NCBI RefSeq assembly: GCF_009914755.1
Contig: NC_060931.1
Direction: 5' to 3' (one strand)
From: the human T2T-CHM13v2.0 reference genome, Homo sapiens
Length of the DNA: 64,000 nt
Part shown: in pieces, positions 36,611 through 58,268 of the stretch
Layout of the letters: the number at the start of each line of letters is the position of its first letter
Position numbering within the stretch: the stretch's first letter is position 1
Made by a program: the position numbers and the translations under genes
The notes under the pieces: model-generated
What the model was told of the DNA's origin: nothing
Databases searched by the model: none
Seen by the model: only the letters and a program-made list of their open reading frames with translations

Positions 36611-38821
36611 ACCAAGTCAGCTCAATTTCTTTACTTATCTTGTCATGGATCTGTATTTATTACTGGACAGAGACCACAATTTGAATAGCAGTGATCTGAG
36701 GACAGTGTTTGAGAGCTATGGGGGAAATTCTTTTGACAATACTCAGCTTGGATAATTTTTTTGCTCTCTTGAAGTTAAAGCTGTCTGTAAAATTCTTCTC
36801 CTAATAACAATAATGTATAGAAAAAACATACATATGTATATGTATACATATAAAGGATGATTTTAAGCTGTTGTGGATCACCAGTATTTGATCTTTGTGT
36901 GAATTGATGTGATGGCAAATGATGACAACCATGGTTGAACCGAGGCTGTGAAGTGCCAGGCAGTTGGTGTTTACTCTTTCAAGACTAGTTTCCAGACTGA
37001 GAGACACAGAACTCTGTATTAACCTCAGGGACACTTCAGTGTATTCATCCAAGAGTTTGTCATCTATGTCACAAACTCCATGTTTAACTATCATTCTGGC
37101 TGAAAAGAGAGAGAAGAAAGTCTCTGCATGGAGTCAGGATAGACAAGTTCATGCTGCAGGAACATGTAGTCCCAAATCTAAGTGGCCTAAAATCCCAGTG
37201 GGTTGTCTCCCCTTGTTCTCTTTAAACCAAGACAGCAAGGGGCTGTGTATTGTCATATTGTGTCATTCAGGGCCCAGGTTGGTGGGGAGTCCACTGTCTC
37301 CTAACTCTGTCTTCTCAATATGAGGCTTCAGGGTTTGTATCAGCAGAAGAAGGGAGCATGGGTTATTAAGCATCGGTTCTTAACCGCTTTGACTCATAAG
37401 TAATTCACATCAGTTTCTTCATAATTCAGCAGCCAAAGGAAATTAGGGGGCCATGCATAAAATTAACAAGCTGGGAAGTGTAATGTTCCTGTGTCCTGGG
37501 AATAGAGGCAATTGGAGGTGTTCGTGAGTTCTAGAAATGTCAGTCAGTATTCTTTTACTGCTCTGCCTACCTCTAAGTTTTATACTCATCCTGTTATTCT
37601 TACACTGCCACCAGGGAGATTTTTCTAAAATGCGAATCTGTCATGAATCTTGCTTGAAATCCACCATGGATCCCTGTTTACAGAATGAAAGCAGAATTCA
37701 TAACTTAAAAAAATTCCTTCAGAATCAGATCTGTCTTCATCAGCCCTGTCCCACCCACAGCCCACTCTCCAGTTCTATTGAACTACCTACTTGCAATTTC
37801 CTGACAGCCTTTTTCTTGTCTGCATACCTTTCCACCTGCTATTCATTCATACCAAGTTTCATTCTCTTTGGTAAACCTTATGTATCAGTCTGTGTTCAGC
37901 AAGGAGACAGAAACCACACCCATTATTTGAACGGGACAAATTTAATAAGTAAAAGCTTGTTTACTAGAGGAAAGTGCTTAACTACTCAGAGGGACCAAAG
38001 AGGACTTTAAGAAGCTATAACTTGTAGGCTGAGGTAGAGTAAACAATAAAGAAACTTAGGACCAGAAGGGTCTCCCTGCCTCAACGAAGGCTGAGATGCA
38101 AACTTCTTGGAAGACAGCATGGCTTCCAAGCCTTCAGATGGAGAAGAAACTTGCCAGGGTGCAGGTGGCGGTAGTCCCTAGAAGTAGTCCGCTCTTGTTG
38201 GAGGGTGTGAGCTGAGCAGAACTGGTCTGTAGATGTGGCCTGCCATTGCTGGTGGATGTGGCTGCTGGTGGAGGGAGTGGCCTGAGGGCAGAGCTGGAAC
38301 TGAACATGAGGCCACTGGACTCCCATGCTGAATAATAATAATAATAATAGTAATAATAAAAACATCAGAAGACAAGAACCTGAAACTGAGGTGTCTTCCT
38401 GTTATCTTTGCCTTTTAAGGTCACTCCAGTGCTGTCTTTTGGTGAAGCTTAAAAGACAGGAGAAACGTTTGCAGAGTCTCACAAAGCAGGGTGAAGAAGA
38501 GTTGATTTGGACCTGAGAGCCAATAAACAGATAACTCACACACCATAATAATAATGATAATTTATTTAATGTATATTATATGCCTGGTGCTGTGATACAA
38601 TTATATGTCTGTAAATGTGTGTAAGTGTATGTAGTTTTAAATTCTATAACACACCTGTGAGATAGATATTATTACCATGTGACATGTGAGAAAAATGGTC
38701 CAGGTTTGTCTGGGCATCAAAGCTGTGCTCTTGTCCACTCTGCTATCCTGATTTTCCTTTCCTGTCTTTGGAAAGTTAAATATTCTCTCTTGTCTTCCCC
38801 CTTGTGACATGAGCAGGTCTG

Positions 38822-39120
38822 TTTATTTATTTATTTATTTGAGTTGGAGTCTTGCTCTGTCTTCCAGACTACAGTGCAGTGATGTGTTCTCAGCTCACTG
38901 CAACTCTGCCTCCTGGGTCCAAGTGATTCTTCTGCCTCAGCCTCCTGAGTAGCTGGGATTACAGGCGCTCACCATCACGCCCCGCTAATTTTTGTATTTT
39001 TAGTAGAGATGGGGTTTCACCATGTTAGCCAGGCTGGTCTCAAGCTCCTGACCTCAGGTGATCCGCCCACCTCGGCCTCCCACAATACTGGGATTACAGG
39101 TGTGAGCCACCACTCCTGGC
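38822..39120 (-). mobile_element. AluS
   Basis: Antisense dimer with (TTTA)n tail. Confidence 0.9.
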
Positions 39121-39899
39121 TGCAGGCCAGTTTATATGGAGTTTATCCAGGAGTACCTAGAAAGCAGGAACTGTGTTTTTCTATTCATTTCGGGTTTCAA
39201 ATGCCTATGATTAGTGCTTGGTACCTAACAGGCACTTAAATGTCCACCAAAAGAACAATTGGTTGGATGTTTTATCTTTGCAGTTAATGCCAATGAGGTA
39301 AGTAACTCTGGAAACACGTCTGTAGGTGCTTAATAAATCCATTGCATTGAGTATTTGCCATTGGATTGAGCAAGTCAGCTCTTGTTGAGTCTTGGGAATA
39401 GGGAATGCTGGAAATTCCTTTTTTTATTTTTATTTTTTGTAGTTTGGTTTATTTATTAATATTATAAAATGTTAAAAAATTATATCAATTTCAAATGTCT
39501 TTGATATGTTTTTGTGTTTTACAAAGCTTTGAGTTCTTTCAAAATAATAGCCCACAGCATAATAGTACCATTTGGTTCACACTCATGGATAGATTCTATT
39601 CTTGACCATTCCGTTAAATTTCTTTCAGATTCACATTCTATCTTTTTAGTTATTCAAGTAGAAAACTTTGGAGTTATCTTCAGCACCTCTCTTTTTCTCA
39701 TATCCCTCATCCAATTTATAGCATGTCCTATTAATTCTACCTTCAAAATACACTCAGAATCTGGCCACTTTGCACAACCTCTGAAGTGCCAACCTGATCC
39801 AACTTCCATTATCTATTCTGTGTTATTTTTAAAGTCTTCTAACTAGTCTCCTTGCTTCCTTTCTTGCCATCTACAGCCTGTATTCCACTCAGAAGCCAA

Positions 39900-44390
<4,491 letters not shown>

Positions 44391-46012
44391 CCATGGATAG
44401 ATAGAAAACAATGTTGACCGAAACAGTAAGAAACAGAATGAGATCTAAGGCACTTTATCACTGAGTTGAATTAAACACACACAGATAGAGGATGCATGCA
44501 TATTTGAAGACTTATATTGAATCCATTTAGAGCCTATGGGGGAAAGAGGGAATGGAAGTGGTAGTCAGTGATAAAAGAAATAAAATAAAATGAGAGGGGC
44601 ATGATAGCAAGCCCTGAATTCAGGAGTACAAGTAACCCAACTGTCTGCAAGCACCTGATGTCCAAAATAAAAGAAAGCAAAACAATAACAACCAAAAAGT
44701 GCTATTCTTCTGATGTATGTTAGGGTGATTTGTCTTTTTGGAAAGGCAATTCCTTGGAAGAAAGATAAAGATCAGATGTCAGAAAAGGAAAAGAAAACCA
44801 TTTATCTCAAAACATGTAAACTATTCTAAAAGATAAATGAATGGCCACATCAGGGTCAAGAACGGGCCACTAATTATTATGCTAACAGCCTTTGGCGAAT
44901 AGGTGCTCCAATGAGGAAAATGGCAAATTTAAGAGTAGCTAGGCAAATTATCAACATTATTGTCAGCAAATCTGACTAAAATGGAAAGCTATAACAAAAG
45001 CATCTTATCCGATGCAGGTCATGGGTAAAGTAAGAAGGAAATAATTTTCGATTCCCTGATATGGAAAATGCAAGCATCATTATTTATTGCTTAATTCCAC
45101 ATCAGGACTATCCACATTGTCTCCTATGCCATGGAGGAAAATAATAGCACTAAGACACAATCTTGACTTTCTATATCCAGAGCAACTCAGTTATTTCCAT
45201 TGTAGGTGGTATATCTTTTAGGATACAAAATTCAGGAGCTCAAAAACAAACTGTATCTGTTTTTTATATATAAATTTAATTTTGTTTCTGAGCGATCAGC
45301 CTGCAGGGTGTGGGAGGATTTTACATCAGTTACTCTTGGGTATATCCTCCCTCATCAGGATTTCATGGAGATTGTGGAGGGTGTTGTGCAGTGACCAGAA
45401 GCACCATTCTGGTAGTCAAGTTGGCAATTTTCACTGTGATGTCAATTTTCTATATTTGTATGTCTTCACTCCATGATGCATGGGAAACCCAACTGGCTGT
45501 GGCCTCACTCCAGTTCCCTGGTTCCCACTGCTTCAGGATCCACAAGAGTTTCTTTCTGCTCCTCTCAGCTTGAACGAATGCTTTGCTCCATTCTCCTCTT
45601 TTCAGACATTCTGCTGCTTCTTCTTAAAAAAAATGCTATCCTTGCTCTGAGGCATATAGTTTAGGAAACAGGGCTAGAAAGTTGGTTCTTCACGTTCCAC
45701 CTTACCACAAACCTCCCCTGAGGCATGCAGCATAAGAAAGAGCAAAGGAGAAATACTGGGAGGGCTAAATATATAAATTAATATCTCACAATATTAGCCA
45801 TGTACATCTTTTTGCAGGATCAGTCCATTTATGTGACAAAGTGAATAGAGAAGGAAGAGAAAAAAAAAGCAGACAGGAGAATGGGCAATATATTTTATAA
45901 TTGATGAAAATTCAAGCATAATCACTTTACATGTAATAATCATGGAATCAAATGTCAAGATAGAAAAATGATAGGGAGGTACTGAATATGGTCAGTTTGC
46001 CAGCATTGAAGC

Positions 46013-46362
46013 TATAAACCAAAAAGTATTCGAGACAGGTCTCAATCAATTTAGAAGTTTATTTTGCCAAGGTTAATGGCATGCCTGTGACACAGAAGGT
46101 CCTGAGAATGCGAGCCTAAAGTGGTTAGGCTACAGTTTGGTTTTATATGTTTTAGGGAGACATAATACATCAATCAGTACATGCAAGACGTACACTGGTT
46201 TGGTCTAGAAAGGCGGGACAACTCCAGGGAGTGGTATTTATTGATTGGCAGTTGCTTGAAAGAGTTTATCTAAAGACTTGGAATTACTAGAAGGAAGTGT
46301 CTGGGTTAAGATAAGGGGTTATGAACACCAAGGTTTTTATTATGCACATGAAGCCCCAGGGT
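46013..46362 (-). mobile_element. MER4-family LTR fragment
   Basis: gagacaggtctcaatcaatttagaagtttattttgccaaggtt is the antisense of the MER4 LTR 3' end seen at 34730-34775. Confidence 0.8.
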
Positions 46363-47099
46363 AGCATACATAGCAGGAGCTTAAGAAATCTTTGCTGATC
46401 AAAAATGAACTGGACCTATGTGAAGTGTGGATGGCAAAGTGATACGCATTTCAGTGGAATATGCTGAAGATGGGAGTAGTTTTTGGCAGAATAGGTGGAG
46501 AGGTTTTATAAAAATCTACTTAATCTAAAGAGGCATATCATAGATTTTGACGCCCAGAAAGCAAGATTGATAGAAATTTATTGATGTGGGCAAAGAGATG
46601 TTTAAAATATTTTGATTATACACTCAGTAAAAGAATTTGTGCATTAGGCCCTGTGTGTGTGTGTGTGTGTTTTAGTCACACACATATCTCTTTACTAATA
46701 TATACTATACATATGGACACAACTCTTACACATATTTATAGTAAAATATGCACTTACAATGAGGCGTACCATATATTTGCATTTATGGCTACCTGGTTTC
46801 TTTCTTTTTTTTGCCATTACTTTGTCCATTTCATAAATGTTACTTGAACAACTACTGTTCAGGCCTGATCCCTGATCCCAGAAAACTCTTCAGTTTAGCA
46901 AACCATTGGCTTCCAAAGTAAGGTGAGACATAACCAAGATGACACAAGATGACCTAATAGGGCCTGGAAAGAAAATATTAGAATACTATATATTTTTATC
47001 CCAACACTTTAAATTTTATCCCAACACTTTAAATTTATATTTTAATTTTAAAACACTGAAAGTTATATTTAAATTTATATCTTCATTATATTATTCTTA

Positions 47100-47375
47100 T
47101 TATATAGAGACAGGGTCTCATTCTGTTGCCCATGCTGGAGTACAGTGGTGCAATCATAGCTCACTGCAGCCTCGAACTTCTGGGCACAAGCAATCCTCCT
47201 GCCTCAGCAACCTGAGTAGCTAGGTCTAAAGGTGCACACCTCAACTCCTGGCTAATTAAAAAAAATTGTCTAACTATATTGCGCAGGCTGGTCTTGAACT
47301 CTTGGCCCCAAGCAATTCTTGTGCTTTGGCCTCCCAAAGCATTGGGATTATAGGTGTGAGTCACTGCACTTGGCT
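47100..47375 (-). mobile_element. AluJ
   Basis: Diverged antisense dimer. Confidence 0.85.
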
Positions 47376-47729
47376 AGTTTTTGTTTATATTTAATATGGT
47401 ACTTTCTTAATTCAGTTATACACATAAAGGAAGGGTATGGAGAAATAGGCTTTCATATGTTTTCCAAGGGAGTGTGAATCGGTACAGTGTAGATGGAGGG
47501 CAATTTACCAATATCTATCAAAGTTATGACTGTTTAGCATTTTGACCTAGAAATTACCCTTCTAGGAATTTTTCTTTTACACACACACTCACAGGGCTTG
47601 AACACACACAGATTATTCAGTTCAGCATTGTGTGTAATAGGAAAAGCTTTGATATAACTTAAATGTCCACCAAATAAATTATGTTACATCTCTGTAATGG
47701 AATACCAATTAAAAATAAAGATACTTAAA

Positions 47730-51100
<3,371 letters not shown>

Positions 51101-51124
51101 TTGATGATACATTTTATGTACTAA

Positions 51125-51438
<314 letters not shown>

Positions 51439-52260
51439 GGTAAGTTCTTTAAACTTTGCCTTTCCAAGCTTGGCAATGTGAGCCACAGATTTGGGACCCA
51501 GGACATTGCCTCCCCAGTGACGGTGGATCTCATCGTTATCTGTTGTTGTAGTTGGTCCTCATAGCTTCCGCCAGCTTAGCCAAAGCTCCTTTGTCTTCCG
51601 AGTTCACCTGCGTGAAGGCAACAGTGGTGCAGGTCTTCCTGTGGACTACACGTCCCAGTCTTGCCTTCCCCTTGATAATGCAGGGGAAGAGACCCCCATT
51701 TTACGACATAAGGCAGGCAGGAAGACAACCAGCTGGATGGTATCCACATCGTGTGCCATCACCACCAGCTGAGTCTTCTTGTTCTCCACCAAGGTGGTGA
51801 CGGTGTTAACTCCTGCTTGAAGGACAAGTGGTCTCCTAGTGGGGATGTCCCCTTTGCTGGCAGCTTTCTTCTCAGCCCGGACCAACAGCCTCTGCTTCTT
51901 CTCTTGCTTTGTCTCTGGTCTGTAGTTGTGGGCCAGCTGAAGCAGCTGAGTAGCTGTTTGGAGGTGCAGGGCTTGGGTGAACTGGTTAATCGCACGCAGG
52001 AGGCACTTTCAAGTCGCTTACGGAGAATGGCTCTCTGCCACTGCAACCTGATATAACCTAATACAGACAATTTCATGAAGCAGGTGAGGTCTCTTTTGGG
52101 CTGGATGTCCTGTCCAATGCCAAAATTCTTAGGCCTTTTGTCAAACAGGGGACTCGCCACTTTCTTAACCTCCTGTTTCTTCACGACAGCAGGGGCCGGA
52201 GCCACCTTCTTCCCCTTGGCCTTCTTTCCTTTCGGCATCTTGGGTGGCAGGAAGAGAGAG
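51439..52260 (-). pseudogene. RPL7AP41: Processed RPL7A (60S ribosomal protein L7a) pseudogene, frameshifted and 3'-truncated
   Basis: Intronless. ATG at 52238 gives [23 protein letters not shown]...; later frames give [51 protein letters not shown]. It has a pyrimidine-rich TOP-like leader at 52260-52250, several frameshifts, and ends at ...KAKFKELT against an AluY. The RPL7A parent is certain; the P41 number is from memory only. Confidence 0.93.
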
Positions 52261-52406
52261 CCATATTTTCTTATAAGTTACATACACACACCATTTCTTA
52301 TATACCCATAGAAAATTTCTGGAAATATGCATAAGAACCTGGTCACATGGGTTGACTTTGGCCAGGGGAATTGGTAACTAGAATTGAATGGAGAGAGGGA
52401 GAGGTT

Positions 52407-52410
<4 letters not shown>

Positions 52411-52454
<44 letters not shown>

Positions 52455-53340
52455 TATATATATATATACACACACATATATATATAGAGTGAATATATAT
52501 ATAGTGAATATATATAGTGAATATATATAGTGAATATATATAGTGAATATATATATTGAATATATATATATTGAATATATATATATTGAATATATATATA
52601 TTGAATATATATATATTGAATATATATAGTGAATATATATAGTGAATATATATATTGAATATATATAGTGAATATATATATTGAATATATATAGTGAATA
52701 TATATAGTGAATATATATATAGTGAATATATATATAGTGAATACATATAGTGAATATATATATATTGAATATATGTATAGTGAATATATATAGTGAATAT
52801 ATATATATTGAATATATATAGTGAATATATATATAGTGAATATATATATAGTGAATATATATATAGTGAATATATATATTGAATATATATATAGTGAATA
52901 TATATATTGAATATATATATAGTGAATATATATATTGAATATATATATAGTGAATATATATATTGAATATATATATAGTGAATATATATATTGAATATAT
53001 ATATAGTGAATATATATATTGAATATATATATAGTGAATATATATATTGAATATATATATAGTGAATATATATATTGAATATATATATAGTGAATATATA
53101 TATTGAATATATATAGTGAATATATATATTGAATATATATATAGTGAATATATATATTGAATATATATAGTGAATATATATATTGAATATATATAGTGAA
53201 TATATATATTGAATATATATAGTGAATATATATATAGTGAATATATATATTGAATATATGTATAGTGAATATATATAGTGAATATGTATAGTGAATATAT
53301 ATATAGTGAATATATATATTTTTAACAAATATATATATTT
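52411..53340. repeat. AT-rich minisatellite: (TA)n/(CA)n followed by dozens of (TA)nGTGAA / (TA)nTTGAA units
   Basis: Directly visible tandem array with variable-length 13-15 bp units. Confidence 0.97.
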
Positions 53341-53968
53341 TTAGTTTTTTTGCACCTTTTGAATTTTGCAAATATATATATTTGTTTTTTTTTTTTTTTG
53401 CACCTTTTGAATTTTGAACTGTGTTACTCATTTGGTACAGGTTGGTTTTTCTGGAAGCAGATGCTGAGATGCAGTTTGGAGTACAAGATGTTTATTAAAG
53501 ATCAACACCTGAGGAAGAAAGATAAGGAAAAGAAGAACTGGGCAGAAAAAGAAGTCCATCTGTGAGGAAACCTTGGCAAGACCTTGGCTAACCCTCTGTG
53601 GCGCTCCAGAGCACATATGGCCTACCAGAGCAATCCCAGGTGGGTGTAAATGGCCTTTATACCCCTTTTTTGACAGGGTATTGGATGCCATTGACCTGGG
53701 AAGGCGTTCTGGTGGGCCAGGTAGCTCTCTGCAGCTGAACGTTCCCCGCTAGATCTGACAGCTTGGGTAGCAAATCCTACCCTGAAGGGAGATGTATGTA
53801 TCATGTCTCAACAAGGACACAACTTTTCCTATCCCCTCACTTTGCTGAGATTTTGGTTGGATATAAAATTCTAACAAAATTTAGAGGTAGGAAAATTTAT
53901 TTTCAGATGAATAAATCTTCATGCAACTTACCTCTCAGGCACTCCTTTATATCTGTTTAAGTCAGTGA

Positions 53969-54347
<379 letters not shown>

Positions 54348-54539
54348 TAATCATGATTTTCAGACGTTTGTAGCCAAATAGAGGAAGTCATAACAAATGG
54401 CAAGTAGTTGCTTCTGGGGAAGAGGAATTCGGATTGGATGAAATTGAGACTTGGGGTGGTCATTTTCCATCCAACTGAGACATTTTTGAGAGTGAAAGGG
54501 GTCACTGTTAATAATTACACTGGGATAATAGGCATAAAT

Positions 54540-54948
54540 TTTGCTATTAATTAAGTCATGCCCCCCACCCCTACCACCCCAAGTTTATATGTTGAAGCCC
54601 TAACCTCCAATGTGATTGTATCTGGAGAGATGGTCTTTAGGAAGTACTTAGGGTTCAGTGAAGTCATAATGATGGGTCCTTAATCCTATAGGACTGTGTC
54701 CTCATAAGAAGAGGAAGAGACAGATAGCTGTCTCTTCATGTACATGCACCAAGGAAAAGATATGCGAACATATAGTGAGAAGCGGCCATCTGCAAGCCAG
54801 GAAGATAGCCCTCGCGAGAACTCCACCATGCTGGTGTCCCAATCTCAGACTTCCATTCTCCAGAATGTGAAAAAATACATTAAAAGTCTGTTGTTTAAGC
54901 CACCCAGTCTATGGTATTTGTTGTGGCAGCTCAAGCTGACTCATACAC
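54540..54948 (+). mobile_element. MLT1A/B-type MaLR LTR
   Basis: atatgttgaagccctaacctccaatgtga...gtttaagccacccagtctatggtatttg...gactcataca. Confidence 0.8.
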
Positions 54949-56397
54949 ATCAGAACTGTCCCTGGGAAACCGGGGTGATTAATTTGATTAAAAGCCTTGC
55001 GGAATTCTTTGGAATTTTAAAACTTTATACATGTATCTCTTTGTTAAAGAGAAAATTAATTTTAAAAGAAGAATTATAAGAGTTTAGAAGTCAACTCATA
55101 AATCTTCACATCTCATGCAGAAATGGCATCTGTGATATTCCTGTTGTATAACCATCCTTGAACACCTTCTTGTGGCTCATGTTAGATCTATTTCTGGCGG
55201 CTATAATTGTTAGAAGATTCTTTCAAATTTGCCAGTATGTAACTGCCACCAATAGGTGATAATACAGAAGCTTTTCTCTTCTGTGACTAGCCCTGCTTTT
55301 AAAAGTGCATTGCTTTTCTTAGTCCACTAGGAGTGACACCTCCACCCTGTCCCAACCCCACCTTAGCTGTAGCACTGTGCTGTGTTTACTAGTGTTAGAG
55401 TGAAGAGTGGGGAGACCTGAAAAGTGGGGAGAGCAGGTTTGTGTAGGTTAAGAAACTAGACCTCAGAAATGATTTCATGTCTTGGATAAAGTCACGCATA
55501 ACCCCACAAGGTAAAAGCTGTATCAGGTTTGATTGGCAAGTGAGTGCCTCATGCATCAGAGAAGTCACCGACTGCAGTGATGTATAACCCCTGGCTCCCT
55601 GCTGGCTCCGTTCCTCCATCAGCCTGCTGCCATTGCCCTCTCGCTCTCCCGTGATGTAGGACATAGCTGAGATTGACAGAGAGAGAAGGTTGAAGGGGCA
55701 GTAGTTAAAATGTCACCCACCCACGATGAAATCCAAATGGCTTAATTTACCACGATGTGTTTTAATTAATGAGAGTGAAAAAGTGAAGAGGTTGTACTTT
55801 CTAATCAAACAAAGTAATGCCTTAGTTACTGAAATGCAAATGGCTTCATTGGGAGGGAAGCAAAAGTTAATTAGGTCACATAGATAAATTAGGAGGAAAC
55901 CAAAACCATCTTTGCCACAATTAGATCTTTGCCACAATTAGTTGGTTTGTAGTAAAAGAGAATATATGTAGAAATTAAAGATTCAAATGTAAATAGTTTT
56001 GCATTAGATTGCTTTGGGACTTTGGTGACTTTCAATTTTATAATAAATACCACCTTTGCATTCCACTGTAGATATTTTAATGTAAAAATGGTCTTGCTTA
56101 TTCTCAGTGGGTGCTGTTTTAAGTCCTCTGCCTTTTCTAGAGGATGTGCTGATTCCTCACTGCTGAGAAATGATCCTTAACGTGTAACTAGACTTAAGAT
56201 GCAACAAACATGTTTACTTTTGCCTTCTTTAAACTGTTGATGTTTATATTTTAGTTTAAAATTTAAAAAGTTTAAAGGTTATTAACTGAGCCTTAAGTGT
56301 ACAGTATAAAACAAGAAGGCCTTTTTGTTGTGCTGGTGGTGTTTATTGTTTTGGTCTAAGAATTTAAAATTAGTTATGTACAAACGTGGAGTATTTT

Positions 56398-56414
56398 CTG
56401 CCCTCTAGTGGTCA
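56398..56414 (-). promoter_or_regulatory. Strong CTCF motif in AT-rich unique DNA
   Basis: The minus strand reads TGACCACTAGAGGGCAG, a near-perfect CTCF core. Confidence 0.75.
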
Positions 56415-58127
56415 AAAGTAATTTTGCAATATTGTCACATCTCAGTGCTTTCAATTACAAAGGAGAAGCTAGGTGATATTTTAAAAGCAGTTTGAAAATT
56501 ATGTTGGTGCGTTGCTGTAGCTAATTACTGTTGTTGCATATTTTAAGAAAGAGAAACAATAGTTTTATGTTTTATTTATTAACCACAATATACCAATGCC
56601 TAGAAATCTGGCAAGAAGTGAAATAAATTTTAAGATAATTTTTTTTTCAGGATTAAAATAATATTTCTCTACTTCTACAAAGAGAGTATTAATTTGACAT
56701 TAATCTAGTTATAATTTAATTCCACTCCTGATTCTAATCGTAATTTTCCTGTTTGGCTTCTTTCATACTTTAGTTCCTATATTTAGGAAGAGAATAATGG
56801 GTGATAATACTTTCTATTTCCTAAGCTACATATAGGATTATATGTATCACATTTGTGTTATATTATAAAAGGAAAATGCCGTGGCATATTTTATGAGCAA
56901 TTATTTTTATTAGTTATCCTTGGGCATCTATTTGACTAATTGTTATTATTATATATTCTAAGATACTAGGTGTAAAGGTTCTAAATTTTATTGACTGCAA
57001 TATAAAAAGATCAGGGAAGCAGATGAGAAGCAAAGTATAAATAGGCTATTAGGAAGGATGTGGAGGAGCCCAGAAGGTCAAAGAAAAGTGCTATAAAATA
57101 GCAGATGAGTGATTGTTGACCATTCTTCATTTCTTAGGAAAATTAAACTAATCAACTCTTCATTTTCATTACTGTGCTGAAATTAATGTCTCTCCATCTC
57201 TGACTGCTAACAGAAACCTTTGCTGTCCCAGGCATTTCCGAAGACGCAGTAGCTCTTGTCTCAGGTGAATCTAATATATTATAAACTGGTGAAATGATAA
57301 AAGAGTTCGGGAGAAAAAAAATTAGCAACAACTACCCCCTTTTAAGATAGGCTTAACGGGACTGTAGGAAAAATTTAATGTTCTGGTGAAAAACATGACA
57401 TTACTAAATAAGTCTGTCATTTATAAAACCTTGTTTTTCTCATAGGATTTTTTTTATGGTAGCCAAAATAGCACTTAAGCTTTGGGTGTGATTTTGTAGG
57501 TATTAATAGTGTGAGCATAATTAGTGAATAGCATCAGACTATGTAAAAAGGCAAGTGAAATGTACTTAATGCCACTGAATTGTACACATCAAGATGGTTA
57601 CAATGGTAAACTTTATGTTATGTATATTTTACTACAATTTAAAAAATTTAAAAAGGGCAAATGGAATCTTTCTGATTTTTAGTATTTCTAGCAATGGTGA
57701 ATAAAATGTGCAACATCTAATAAACATTTCAGGAACTCTGGGCCACTTAATAAGAAATCCAAGTAAACAGTGGATATAATGAAGAGGGACAAATGCTCAC
57801 CACATAATATTTTCCGAATTCAGGCCTGACTCCAAGAAGCAAAGTGATTCTATTTTCCACAGAGCATTCACCAGCACACACTCATCTGAGTGAGAGGGAG
57901 GGAACAGCTAGTACAATTCATGCCAGTGCGCAGGAGCAAACTTACTTCTGATTTACTTTAATTCCTTTACTGCTTTGTCCTAATTCATGAATGAGATCTG
58001 TCGCAGACTGCAAATAACCCAGGGAGGCAAGACCCATCCAGGCAGAAGTTTACCTACTGGCCGCCTTTGCCTTCACTCCATTTGCCATGACTGCATATTT
58101 CAGTGGCTCTCTGGACCACTTCAATTT

Positions 58128-58268
58128 CCTTTTATTACAAAATTTAAAAACATAGAGATAGGATCTCACTTTGTTGCCCAGGCTGGTCTCAAACTCCTGG
58201 TTTCAAGTGATCCACCCAACAGCCTCCCAAAGTGCTGGGACTACAGGCATGAGCCACGGTGCCTGGCT
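58128..58268 (-). mobile_element. FLAM/Alu monomer with TSD
   Basis: TSD tggaccacttcaattt on both sides. Confidence 0.85.

Noticed and set aside
45095-45155. Minus-strand AIIFLHGIGD resembling the acyl-protein thioesterase (LYPLA) motif
   Set aside because: Only about 10 residues match, the flanks do not, and a stop follows shortly.
52343-53431. 362 aa and 316 aa Y/I-rich ORFs, the longest in the track
   Set aside because: They are translations of the TA-rich minisatellite, which lacks stops on that strand; no coding evidence.
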